A stretch of DNA of 62,922 nucleotides, filler included, from Intoshia linei (taxonomy: Eukaryota; Animalia; Orthonectida), in NCBI GenBank assembly GCA_001642005.1. It is 3 parts of 3 records of this genome, joined end to end, with 100 filler letters (N's around TTAATTAATTAA, not from the genome) between each part and the next. Parts side by side here need not be neighbours in the genome. Positions count along the whole stretch, not along the records: positions 40,813 to 62,922 come from LWCA01000612.1; 2 more parts are not named here. One strand, 5' to 3'. A program made the position numbers and the translations under genes. Within the stretch, counting starts at the first letter, position 1. Each line of letters starts with the position of its first letter. Below the pieces are notes generated by a model. The model worked only from the letters and a program-made list of their open reading frames with translations, had not been told where the DNA came from and did not search any database. Positions 51,543 through 62,922 of the stretch are shown here, one piece after another.

Positions 51543-54500
51543 TCATGTGACATGATGTCTGTCGTCGTATGCAAATAGTTGAGCAGTTGATTTGTCTTTT
51601 GATTCAATAATGGAGCGAATCTGTAAAGTTATTTAAATTTTTGATTAATACTGTAAATTACATTTTTTATAAAGTAGGTGTAACTTTCAACATTTGCCAG
51701 GTAAAACGATAACATGCAAGTTGGGTCAATTTTTTTTGATTTTAAAGTGTGCATTTTTTGACATCGATATGACTAATTAATATTAATTTCTTCATATATA
51801 AAATAACCTCAATTCCGGAATTTTCAATGTTAGCATTTTCTTGACAATGGTGGGGGTTTAATACAATAAAATTTTCCCCTATAAATGATTCATGAAATCA
51901 AATTTTAATTACTTTGGTATCCGACAAAGTAAAACGCTCCTTTAATTCTTCCTCCCACAAAACCAGTAAACTCTTTTTCATTGAACAATAATTTTAGAGC
52001 ACTAAGGTAAATAGAATTTATTTTATTAGTTGCGCCAAGTCGTATAGGTATTAAAACTATCGTAGGTGTGAATGTATCATTTGGATTCTTATTGAAACAT
52101 AGATACTTTAAATCGTTTATATATACTAGATTCACATGTTAAAAGTATAACCTAAAGATTACTTGTTGAGTTCACTGCAACATAAATGTGGGGTAAATTG
52201 GTACTTTCATATTGTTGTCGAGCGTTTCTAAATTAAATTGATTTGTTTAAATTAAATTTTAGTTAAAAAACCTAAATATGAATGCTGCTGCATTTGGACC
52301 AATAAAGTTTATTGGGTCTTTGCCGTCATTCATTATTAACTTGACAATGTTTGTCAATCCGAATAGTGCATTACTTGAATTCCCTGCACAAAAATTTAAA
52401 ATTTCTTTGTCGGTATAACCTAAATTAATATATCATATGGTTGCATCAATCTGATTAACAGCCGTTAATAACACTTAAAAAAAGGTCGCGCAGGTGAATA
52501 CAGTTTATTTACTGTTAATTAATGTCAATTTTCAAAATTATCTTGAAACCCAGATTTTAACCAAACTCCACAACAGTAAAATTTAAGACTGGAATTTTTA
52601 TTTCTATTTTTAACGGTTTCACATCAAATGATGCATATATGAATCATTTCAAAATACGAACCATTTTTACTAAAAAAAAACTGGCCTTAAGGGAAAAATC
52701 CACTATTACATGCGATTCTAATACACGCTCTATATTTCACAACGTTGGAATAGAGAAACGGTTCTCAAATGGTGGTACTGGTACCCCCTAGGGGTACCAA
52801 TTCGTCTCATCCTAGGACACACACTTTATGATTTATAAATTGAAAAGTTTCTAAATTAATAAAACCAAAAATAATATTTTGATATGCTTTTTTAATTATT
52901 ATAAATACGATCGGTCAACTTAATTAAAATACTTTTTGTGTTTATTTTAAATTATCTTTTTTAGAATTTAAAAATAAGTATTCTAAGCCAGTTTCTCTGA
53001 TTTCCTATAATTTAATTCTGCATTTTGATATATTCCGTACTTGTTTTGATCAAAACAAGTCATAAACTCGATTAATGTTATATATACAAAAAGATCCAAA
53101 TTATAAGCTTACTTGCATTGACAGCAATTAAGCATAAGAAACGGGCAAAGTTGCTGTCGGTAGAAGAACTTCGTGTATGTCTCTCAAAAACACGTCCAAG
53201 AATTAAAAACCTCTGTAAAAAATATCAGGCCCAAATTTCTCATTGATAAATAAAAATAAATTTCTTTATTAAAAAATTTGTTTTCAATATTAGAAGCGTA
53301 ATTTTTTAATTAAAAATCAAATTGTTTTTTATATACGACATGCGAAAAAATATTTTTGATCATGCTTTTAGGTGCCGCGATTTTTTGAAATTTCATAAGG
53401 GTTCCGCGCAGTAAAAAAAATTGAGAAACACTGGAGTAGAGTTTAACTAACTATTTTTTATTTGATTTTTTTGAATTCACATTGTATCATAGTTACAATA
53501 AATAGAAATTATTATGGAGTATCAAATTATATTTTTTTTAATTTAAAGGTACCAACTGCGAAGTATGTGAGAACCGCTACAATAGAGTGAGTTTTTAAGA
53601 CTTTCAAAAATATGAATGAAATTTACGTGTACAATGTGTATTTAAATAATAAAACTAACGAACTGCTAATTTGTAGACACTACCACGCTAGTTGTGGAAA
53701 ATAGAAATTTAATTGTTTATTAAAAATGTAAAAACGTATCAATAATTTGCATGTAATTTAGATTAAATTATAATTATAGTTCGTGGTGTATTTGGGTAAT
53801 TAGTACAATAATGTAATACATAATATACGCAATTTATATAAACATTTTATAATTATCAATACTATTAGAAAAATGAAAGAATTTTGTCTAATTCATATTA
53901 ATAAAACATCTTATAATCTGAGGTTATATATTGTAAACAAACGAATAAATATCACATCAAGTTTATACAAAAGGTTTTATTTAAAAAATAAATACAATAT
54001 GCAATAGTAATCATCGACGTAAATTTAATTTTATAATGCAGTCAGTTCTGAGCTTTTGAATATTAAAAAAAGGGTAAATGATTATTTTCCCCCGTAAAAC
54101 TAATACTTATTAGAAAAGTCTTACAAAATTCAGTTTAGTGTCTTAAAATACATATACATCAAAAAAAACAATACATTAAATATACGCATCAGTACCACCG
54201 ATATTTCGTAAACTCTGAACATGTTCTAAAATATTCCACGCATGTTCATACTTTACAGAACTGATTACATGTCATGCATTAATAATACATATCAAATTAA
54301 GTTTAAAAAAAACAAAAGTTTGATTCCATAAATAGTCAATTTTTTTCGACCCAAGCCGGAACACTGGTTAACCCTTTCACTGTCTGTGTATTATATAATA
54401 TATAAATCATAATTTTGAAAAACTGTATTCTTTTGTTTTCATATTTTTCACCAAGGTAATTTAAAATTTATACAAGTTTAAATTAAAACATAAATTCCAG

Positions 54501-54993
54501 ACAGAGCTAAAGGGCTAAATATAAAATGGTTAAAATGATAACCATATAATTGCAGACACCGAGCTATAACCATTTGAACACATCGAATGGTGCAACTCCA
54601 ACCAATATCATTGTTGATATTTTTATGACAGTTTGGTATTGGTGTATTTCGGTAAGTGAAAATGATAAATGATTCAATATACTTTACACAATTTTTCTTT
54701 ATATTGCTATTGTAAACTAAAATATATGAATCGTTAAAATCTAAAATATACCTACCATTCAAATCAAACATTTTATTAAAAATATATATTTGGTATCGAT
54801 ATTTCAATTGCGTTGATAAAATATCTAAAAAAATTAGATAATTAACCAAAAATAAATCACCATTCACAAAATTGTTAATACTTTTTTTAAGTTGACTATT
54901 AATCTTATTCCACACATTGAGTTCTCCCGATTTTACATTCTTTAAATCAGGTTCATTTGTATTACACATATCGTCTTCATGAACTGATGTCAT
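51543..54993 (-). CDS. ATG4: Cysteine protease ATG4 (peptidase C54)
   Basis: FTYR, DIGWSCTIRCVQM (catalytic Cys), FIGPN, VLIPIRLG, GFVGGR..AFYFVGYQ, VLNPHHCQ, SYRC, IDPT.MLSFY. Confidence 0.9.
52756..53579 (+). mobile_element. Nested hAT/Buster elements in an ATG4 intron
   Basis: Left TIR (A)AACGGTTCTCAAA. Right ends at 53433 (TTGAGAAACACTG) and 53579 (TGAGAACCGCTA), each followed by an NNNTAGAG TSD-like octamer. Carries a Buster C-terminus, LTAIKHKKRAKL..ELRVCLSKTRPRI...QAQISH*. Confidence 0.7.
54372..54514 (+). mobile_element. piggyBac-type MITE (143 bp)
   Basis: TTAA|CCCTTTCACTGTCTG ... CAGACAGAGCTAAAGGG|CTAA, with a second copy at 7138-7278. Confidence 0.65.
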
Positions 54994-55135
54994 TATGTCT
55001 ACAAATATTAATTATTTCAAAATGTATAAGTCGTATTGGGTGCAAATATAAACATGTGAATTTATAAGTTGAATTGATTTTATGAATGAATCAATATTTC
55101 TATAGATTCTTTATTAATTACATGGTTTCGTAGAT

Positions 55136-55927
55136 ATGAAAAAGGAAAAATTTGCTTTGAAGAATATAAAATACGGATCTACAAATGCGAGCATTCACGC
55201 TTCAGAACGATTAAATATTAGTCATTTTATAAAACACAAAATATTACCTACCGATACCGTTTTCAATTTATGTTTGAAATACAATGTGAATGTATTTTAT
55301 TTGAATTATGAAAATTTTATTTACTTTTAGATAGAAGACATTAGATTTTCAAATAAACTTTTAAATTCAAAGCAGATATTTGCAATGGATGAAATTGTCA
55401 TACCTATTCAAAATGTGCCTGAATCACAAGAAAAATTTCCAAATGTAAAATCTGAAAATGTTTTAAGCCTTCAAGAATATCAAGAATGGATTAAAGTAAA
55501 AATAAATATACATTCTACATCACCAAAAAAACAATCCAAAAGTCAGGAACGTTATACTGAATCACCTCCAAATGTATTCAATAATATTCGCACATTTCTA
55601 GATAAAACTGATACAATTATTGAAAATAGTCATCAAAATTTACGGTAAATATTTGAGTTTTAATTTCTTGTAGTTGTCTTTTAAATTTTATAAAAAATCT
55701 AATAAATTGTAAATACACAATGTACAAGTTTTTAAAAAATTATCATCAAAATTTATTTACTAATTTTCGAAATTTATTCAATTATTTATAGATTGCATGC
55801 TGATGTCAATATTCCTTCAACCGACACAATTAACCAAAATTCTGATAAAGCAAAGAATTCGTCAAATCGTAGATACAACCAGCAGCCTTCATATAAAAGT
55901 TACAATCAATACAACGTCAACATTTAA
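55136..55927 (+). CDS. LysM domain-containing protein (LYSMD1/2-like)
   Basis: KYGST...HKILPTDTVFNLCLKYNVN|IEDIRFSNKL....IF....IVIPI is a LysM domain, and FLDKTD resembles the LYSMD1/2 C-terminal motif. Three exons. Confidence 0.85.
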
Positions 55928-56066
55928 AATACTTTTTTAAATTTGTAAATATTTCATTGTTTATTAAATTAAAATTAATTACCGAAACTTTTTTACATTT
56001 TATCTAGCCAAATGAAAAATTAAGTATCAACAGTTCATAATTTGTATTACGCAAATATTTATATTA

Positions 56067-56830
56067 CACTAGACAACACTGAAAAATAATACCATCTTGT
56101 GTATAATCTAGCGCTGATTTTAATGATATAATATATTTATAAGTTTTAGTTCATATAACCCATTTATTAACACTTTTAATGTTAAAAAAAATATAACAAA
56201 GTTTCACTTCAATTCTAAAATTGAATAATTAAATCATTCAAAATAATGTTTACTTTAAAAAAGGTAAAGTTTTTTAAGTTTGAATATTTATTTATAAATT
56301 TAAAATGCATGTCTACCAAATAAACGAAACATATTATTGCTTTTGATGTGGTATATATTTGCTAAACACTAAAAAATGTTACTCTATAACTGATAAATGT
56401 AAAAATTTGATAATGCAAATATACAGTTTAATATACGAGAATCAACTTTGAAATCCCTCAAATCTATATCAAACGTGCCATTCGTCTATAATGAGATTTA
56501 AAAAGAGATTTGTGACACCTAGAATATGGAAACATTCAAAAAGAGCGAATGACTGCTATTTCTGTAATCTGAAAAGAAGAAAACAAATAAATTAAGCCTT
56601 TACTCTTATCCGGCAACTAAAACTTTACCAATTCCAATAGAAGTATATAATTTAGTTTCATCATCCCAGCCATTATCATCTCAAGAAACAGTTGTTTCAA
56701 TGTATACTGAGGAATCTCCAAATCAACCAATTATTATTANNNNNNNNNNNATCTCAAGAAACAGTTATTTCAATGTATACTGAGAAATATCGAAATCAAC
56801 CAATTATTATTACAGAAAAAAAATTAAATT
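56067..56830 (+). mobile_element. Chapaev3-like transposon 5' remnant
   Basis: TTA|CACTAGACAACA terminus. The decayed ORF YCF*CG...SIT...TC...PRIWK...NDCYFC matches the recalled Chapaev3 N-terminal zinc-binding motifs (FCYICG; P.IWR....DCYFC). Confidence 0.6.
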
Positions 56831-57345
56831 TATTAATATATTTTTTTTAAATAGCTAAAAATATCGAACTAAATCTGGATTTAGACACTAGTATGTATTG
56901 TTAAAAGGTTCACTATAGCTTATATCAGATGTTTATCTTGTTAAAGCGCCTGTCGTCAGTTGATAGTCCGTGGATAGGTTTCTAGGGTTTATATTATATT
57001 TTCGTGGTGAAGCGAGAGGGGTCAAGTTTATTTGGTTCGGTGTATTTAAATATTTTTTATAAAAGGACGTTTTTTCTTGTTTAATGATATTTATCAAATA
57101 TTTTACTTTGAAATATAACTTTACTTTACCTTTAAATTTAACTTTACTATTAAATATACTAAAAAATATACATAGCATTTATACCTTTAATAAATGAATG
57201 CCTTTATGCGAAACAGGAAAATAATTTCCGTCATATCAATTACAGCATTATCATCTTCAATTCTTACTGCATCCTTAATTCTTACTCAATACGAATGGAA
57301 ATGGAGTAGTTAGTTTTTCTACATTATTTTTTATGTAAATTATCA

Positions 57346-58110
57346 TTATTTATATAGTATGCTAAGCAATATTTTTATGTGTGTTACGGTTTATTTCAAT
57401 AACTACCTGTCTTAGAATTTTATAAAATCCACATTTCAATTACAGTTTTTAATGGGGTGTTAGCAAAATAAATTTCAACCTCCCAAACTCACATCTTACG
57501 AATCAAAAAGCCCCCTTGTCATTTTTTTTGAAAATCAAACTAATTCGAGAATTTAAAAAATATATACTCTGATACGGATTTTAAAATCATAAATACTATC
57601 ATAAATTTAAATTTAAAAAAATTATATCTTCAGGAGCTAAAACCCTAAATTAACTTTTTTTTAATGAAAACAGCCCTAGAATTTAAAAAAATTTACAGGT
57701 GGTACAGTTTATCCTGTCACAAAAAATTTCAATCTGAATAAGTGACACCTTCACGGTCAAAAAAACATTTTAGTATTCATATATTTTTTTCCGAAATATT
57801 TTATAAAAACAAAAAATGTGAAATAATTAACGATCCGAAAATTAAAAAATAGATTATTCTGATAGAGCTTATTCCAGTTGATATAAATCAAAAATTTAAA
57901 CAACCAATAATCTTCAAATATTTAGATTAAAATAAAAATTGAAAATGTAAATATTGATTATACAATTTCAAAAAAAATGTGCATTAAACGTCTACACATT
58001 TCCAATAAAGACATATGGGTGAAAATCTAACCTGGTTTCACCGTAAACAAGTTTGGGAACCACTCCTTTAAATGATTTGATAATTGTGAATAGTAGGATT
58101 TTTAAGTTCG
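57346..58110 (+). mobile_element. Non-autonomous Helitron-like element
   Basis: Long homology to the copies at 13399, 15688 and 26024. Confidence 0.7.
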
Positions 58111-58769
58111 ATTTTTTTGGTAGAATAATTTTGACCATGAAGAATTCAATTTCTGAAAACAAAATTTACGATAAAACGTCACTCTCGAAAAACTATATTA
58201 GAAATTGGTCTTTTTAAAACTCTAACCTCTTACATTTTTAGCTAAATTACATTACATAAGTAATGATTAAATCTAGAAACTTTTTTCATAGATACATGGA
58301 AGAAATTTAATTTACTAATATTTATATTGTCGCATTGACATGTAATCCTTCTTAAAATCTTTTCTATTTCTCTATTTTTTTTTGAAAATTATCAGCGGCC
58401 GTCTATGAGGTACGCCCCTTTTTTATAACTAGGTTAGTGCTGGGTTAGAATTTTATATTTTATTTTTAAAAAAAGGGTTAATTGGGTTTTTGACCTTGAA
58501 AAACTCAAATTCGGTAAATTAAACATTGATATAAACATACCTAGCGAAAAAATATTTAGAAATTGGGTTTTTTTAATTTTACGACTGTTAATTTTTTAAA
58601 AATACGATAAAACTAAAATTTAACTTATATAAAACCTTTATTTGTAATAATATTTATTTGTTGTCTACAAAATTAGTAAAATTGCAAAATGTGCTGATCT
58701 GTTAACCTTGACCTAGGGTTATTTTTTTGAAGTATGAAATTCAATTTATGAACACCAAAAATTGATTAT

Positions 58770-61403
58770 ATGCCACTACATCGGATTGGTCATATTTATA
58801 TTTAATTTTTAATTTAGATAATGTAGACATTTTATACAAGTATGGCAAACCAACAAGATACGTTCCAGACATAATTGAATACGATCAATATTCAGTTTAC
58901 TATGATACTATGAATCGTATACCTAGATGGGCAATGGAACATATAACAAAGGCTAGTTTGAAAGGTAGATTTGCACTTTTTTGTACAACTTATCGGCCGT
59001 ATGTGGCCAAATCATATGAAAATGACTAAAAAAAAATTATGGATGAATGATATTCCCTAAACCAGGGGTCGGAAACCATTGGACCACAGAATAGTTTTAG
59101 TGGCCCTTTGAGTAAATATGTAAATTATTTATTTTTAAATTTTTCAACTTTGAAACACGGTTTTAAACATTTTCTACTATAATTGGCTTAATTTTTAGAT
59201 CATCCTGGATTTTATTTTGTTAAATATATTATAAACGTTTTAATTCAATTAAAATTGAAATGTATCATGTGTAAAAGTTTGTAGACCCCGGCCCTAAATC
59301 CTAAATTTAGTTAGTTTTGGGTTCGATAATTTTAAATGGTTTGAATGTTTATGATTTTTAAATCCGTATCAGCGTATATATTTTTTTAAATTCTCCAACT
59401 TGTTTTATTTTCAAAAAAAGGACAATTGTGTTTTTGACCCATAAGATGTGAGTTTGGGAGGTTGAAATTTATTTTGCTAACACCCCTGGAAAAAACTGTA
59501 ATTGAAATGTGAACTTTATAAAATTCTAAGACTGGTAGTTATTTCAATAAACGATAACACAAACAAATATTGCATAGTATATTATAATATGCTATGATTA
59601 TATAAGTACACACAAATATTGCGTAGCATATTAAATAAGTAAGGATCAAATAATTATTGTCTAATTTTTGGCTTATGTCTGATAAAATAAAAATCTTATT
59701 TTATCAAATGTGAATCATTTCGAGTTTTAAAGTTTAAATAAAGTACAAAATTATATACATAATTTATGATTATACTTTATACTGGATTCCAAATTTTATT
59801 TATTTTTTAATTATTAAAACTTAATTTAAAAAAAATCTGAATGATCAATAATTTTGTATCATGGGATTATATTTTCATCTTAGAGTGTAGATTGCACTGT
59901 AAAAAATTCCAATAAATTCTTTAAAAACTATATAATTAGTGTACACTTTCCCGTTTTTTTAAAGATAGTTTTATTAGATTCTCCATATTTAATTAAGTAT
60001 TTACAAAATTTTAGTTATCCAAAACAGTTATGCAATATACAATATATAATATATAAACAAAATATGCAATAATTCCTTAGTATAAAACAATATTAATAGA
60101 ATATTATTGCGGTAACTAGGAAATAAATTTTGCAATTTTTTTTTTCATTTAAAAATAAAACCTGGCAGAAATTTTGTAACTGTAAAAATGTGGCCCTGTG
60201 CAATGATTTGGACTAGGGTACAGATATTATAATATTTTTGAATTATATTCAGCTCTAATACATGTGTATAATCATACAATCATCATAGTGCATAGGGAAA
60301 GGTAACAGAAAACATTCTAAATTTGGAGCAGATTCTATTAACGTTCCAAAATTATTTCAAAGTGATAGAAATGATTTTCGAGGAGGGTCGTTGTCGAGAG
60401 GGCATATGGTTCCAGCTGGAGATATGAAACTTAGCCAAGTAATTTATAATTATATATTAATGTACTACATTAATGTATGAATTGTTGTGCAACAGATATA
60501 TTGCTCAAATGAGACGATAGAGATATTTTATTTTCGAATAAGATTAGTTTAGAAATTTATATTTTTAGTGTAGAAGATATCTGGGTACATTGTACCGTAC
60601 ATTATTTATGTTTATAAATTATATTAATTTCATTTATAGAAATCGATGGATGATACTTTTTTTTATACAAATATTGTACCTCAAAATATCGACAATAATA
60701 CAGGTTACTGGAACCAAATTGAATCATTCTGTAGACAACTGACCAACGATTTTAAAGATGTATATATAATCTCTGGTCCATTGTTTGTTCCCTACTTTGA
60801 TTCGAAAGACAACGAAACCTATATAAAATATAAAGTATAACATTAGACAGTTTATTGACTAGTTATTGATCTTGTTATTTTATGTATAAAAAATAATATA
60901 AAGTCATTGACTATCACAAAATAATGTTAATAATAATAATACATACAGTACTTTTATTTATAAATAAATAATCCTTAAATTAGATGAACGGAAAAAACAA
61001 TGTTGCTGTTCCAACTCATTTATTTAAAATAATTGTGGGTGTAAATAAAGAAAATGATATATATACTGCAAATGTAGTAGTACCCAATGAAAAAATCAAT
61101 TCGAAAAAGAAATTGACTGATTTTGTTGTACCAATTGAAATGATTGAAAAATTGACAGGATTTGTATTTTTTCCTAAATTAAAACAATTAAATTTAAAAA
61201 ATCTTTGTACGGACAATATCCGAAAATGTAAATTACCTTTAACATGGCAAGAAATGCAACAATTGGTATTATTGTGTACTTTTTAGAATTATATAATTTA
61301 ATTATCAATCGTCGTTAATTACGGGGTTTCATTTTTATTTATTCTATTATTTTAGAAAAAAAATGAACAAAATCCAAAGGTTCATGAGAAAAATAATAAT
61401 TAA
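58770..61403 (+). CDS. EXOG: Endonuclease G-like nuclease EXOG (5' end uncertain)
   Basis: YD...RIPRW..EH, SRGHMVPAG (SRGH is the EXOG-type motif, versus DRGH in EndoG), TFFYTNIVPQNIDNNTGYWNQIE.FCR.LT, ISGPL, NVAVPTHLFK. Confidence 0.9.
59063..59291. mobile_element. hAT/Buster MITE in an EXOG intron
   Basis: CAGGGGTC...GACCCCGG termini with TSD CCCTAAAC / CCCTAAAT. Confidence 0.7.
59340..59645 (-). mobile_element. Helitron-like element 5' part with a duplicated terminus
   Basis: Reverse complement of A|TCCTTACTTATTTAATATGC. The terminal ~35 bp are present twice. Confidence 0.65.
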
Positions 61404-62922
61404 CGTTGTAATTCCATATTCTAATAAATTTTTCATTGCATAAATATGCAATAATTGGATTATAATCCAAGGTTAAACATCTACCATACGCAATCAAAAA
61501 GATTTAACAAATCAACCATTTAGAGTATAGTTTCTTAACAAGGGATGGTAAGACTGATTGTGGGCGATATAATTAATTTCGTCATGCTAGAAAGCTCATT
61601 TTATTTTTGATATTTTGACTCAAAATTTTGGCGCTAAACTAGATTACTATGACTTTGTTTTTTTAATAAAACTGTTTGTATTTTACTAATTAATAATCAC
61701 TTCAATGATTTTATAATTTCCAACTTCAAGGTTAGAATTATCATCGGTATTATTAAACAAAGACTTATATTGAAAAAATGGTTATTTTGACTTGTTTCAT
61801 TTTTTAAGGTTAACCAATTGCAATTAAGTAATATCCGGTCGAAAAATGATATAAATTAATTATGATAAATTTTAAAAAACCCTTCAATTTAATTTTGGTA
61901 AAAAATAAACAGAATATTCCCCTTGAAGTATTTGGTTAAAAAAAATCTTAAAAAACCTCAATCTAACAACAAAAAAGATTCTTAATTGCAAATTTTTAAA
62001 AACAATTCACTTTTTAAAATTTAATCATATTTATAGAACTATAGACTAAATTTACAATCATATTGAACTCGAACCTGTGAATGTTTGAATTATTGTATGA
62101 ATCTTCGACTAATTCACTTTTTCATGTTACCTGTCGTGTGGCTCAAAAAAGTCTATCAAAATACATTTGTTTAATTTAACAAAGTTATCAAATTTAAAAA
62201 TAAACACAGTACATTAGGGTGTCATACCCATCAAAGAATAAAGGGCAATTAGCACTACAAGTGTGTATTTTTAAAATAGAAAAACTAATTCGCAATCAAA
62301 AATGTTTAACGCTATCTATTCGAGTTGCGTTTGTCATTTTAAATATCACAGTATAAATATTATGAAGAAATTAAAACTGAACTTTATTTTAACGGAAATC
62401 GGCGTTTGAGCTTTTAAACGTAGTATCGCTTTTATAATATTGTTAATAATAATAATATCATAATAAATTCATTCAAATACAAGACATTCCCGATCTTGTT
62501 AATCATGTTTGCATTCAATAAAGTCATGTTTGTAATGAATATGGTCAATACAGAGATTCCATAATATACCAAAATTTATTAGATATTTTTTGTTAAAATA
62601 ACTTTTAAGTCATTTTTAAGAAGCAATAGTTAAATTAATCTGTCACAATATATTTGGGAAATTTTTTTTATGATAAAATTCTTAATTGCACATTTTTCGA
62701 TAATTATATATAATTTTTATTCAATACATATATGAATTGCATATAATTTAGCAGATATGATCATTTATAAAAGTAATTTCATAACAGATTTTGAAGAGAA
62801 ATTTGAATATTATATCTGTAACCAAATTATTGTGAGGGTTGCTAATATAATTTTAATTTACATATTTTAAGTGTTTCGTTATTATAATATTTTTTTCGTA
62901 ATTCCATCTTATTTAAATAAAC

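Noticed and set aside
56678-56812. ~62-bp direct repeat flanking an 11-N gap
   Set aside because: It lies within a decayed transposon and spans a gap, so it is either a collapsed tandem repeat or a scaffolding overlap. It is not CRISPR-like.
1-62922. Alternative genetic code to explain the short ORFs
   Set aside because: All conserved genes splice into stop-free frames with the standard code, and TAA, TAG and TGA are all used as terminators.

Overview
Very AT-rich eukaryotic (metazoan) genomic DNA with a standard genetic code and mostly tiny (about 29-50 nt) GT-AG introns. It is reminiscent of a compact invertebrate-parasite genome such as the orthonectid Intoshia, but that is an inference only. 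The window is three contigs joined by two 100-bp artificial linkers (N44-TTAATTAATTAA-N44 at 21245-21344 and 40713-40812), so adjacency across these points is meaningless. Manual splicing recovers these genes: a Cys-rich modular protein fragment, a CXorf58-like IQ protein, phosphoglycerate mutase, SLC37A3 (partial), two orphan coiled-coil genes, an orphan two-TM protein, kinesin-2 KIF3B, AKT (partial), VPS54, BUB3, ATG4, a LysM protein and EXOG. Introns and intergenic DNA are filled with a non-autonomous Helitron-like family (10 or more copies), hAT/Buster MITEs with 8-bp TSDs, and decayed Chapaev3, pogo/Tigger, Tc1/mariner, piggyBac, CGGBP1-like and Gypsy remnants. The most notable observations are: (1) two identically sized 81-nt phase-1 exons each encoding C-x8-C-x4-C-x-W-N-x5-C, missed by the ORF track; (2) ATG4 with Asn in place of the catalytic Asp; (3) an EXOG apparently lacking the Wing domain; (4) a splice donor formed by a truncated Helitron end; (5) operon-like gene spacing. 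No prokaryote-style novel system (CRISPR, defence island) is present.
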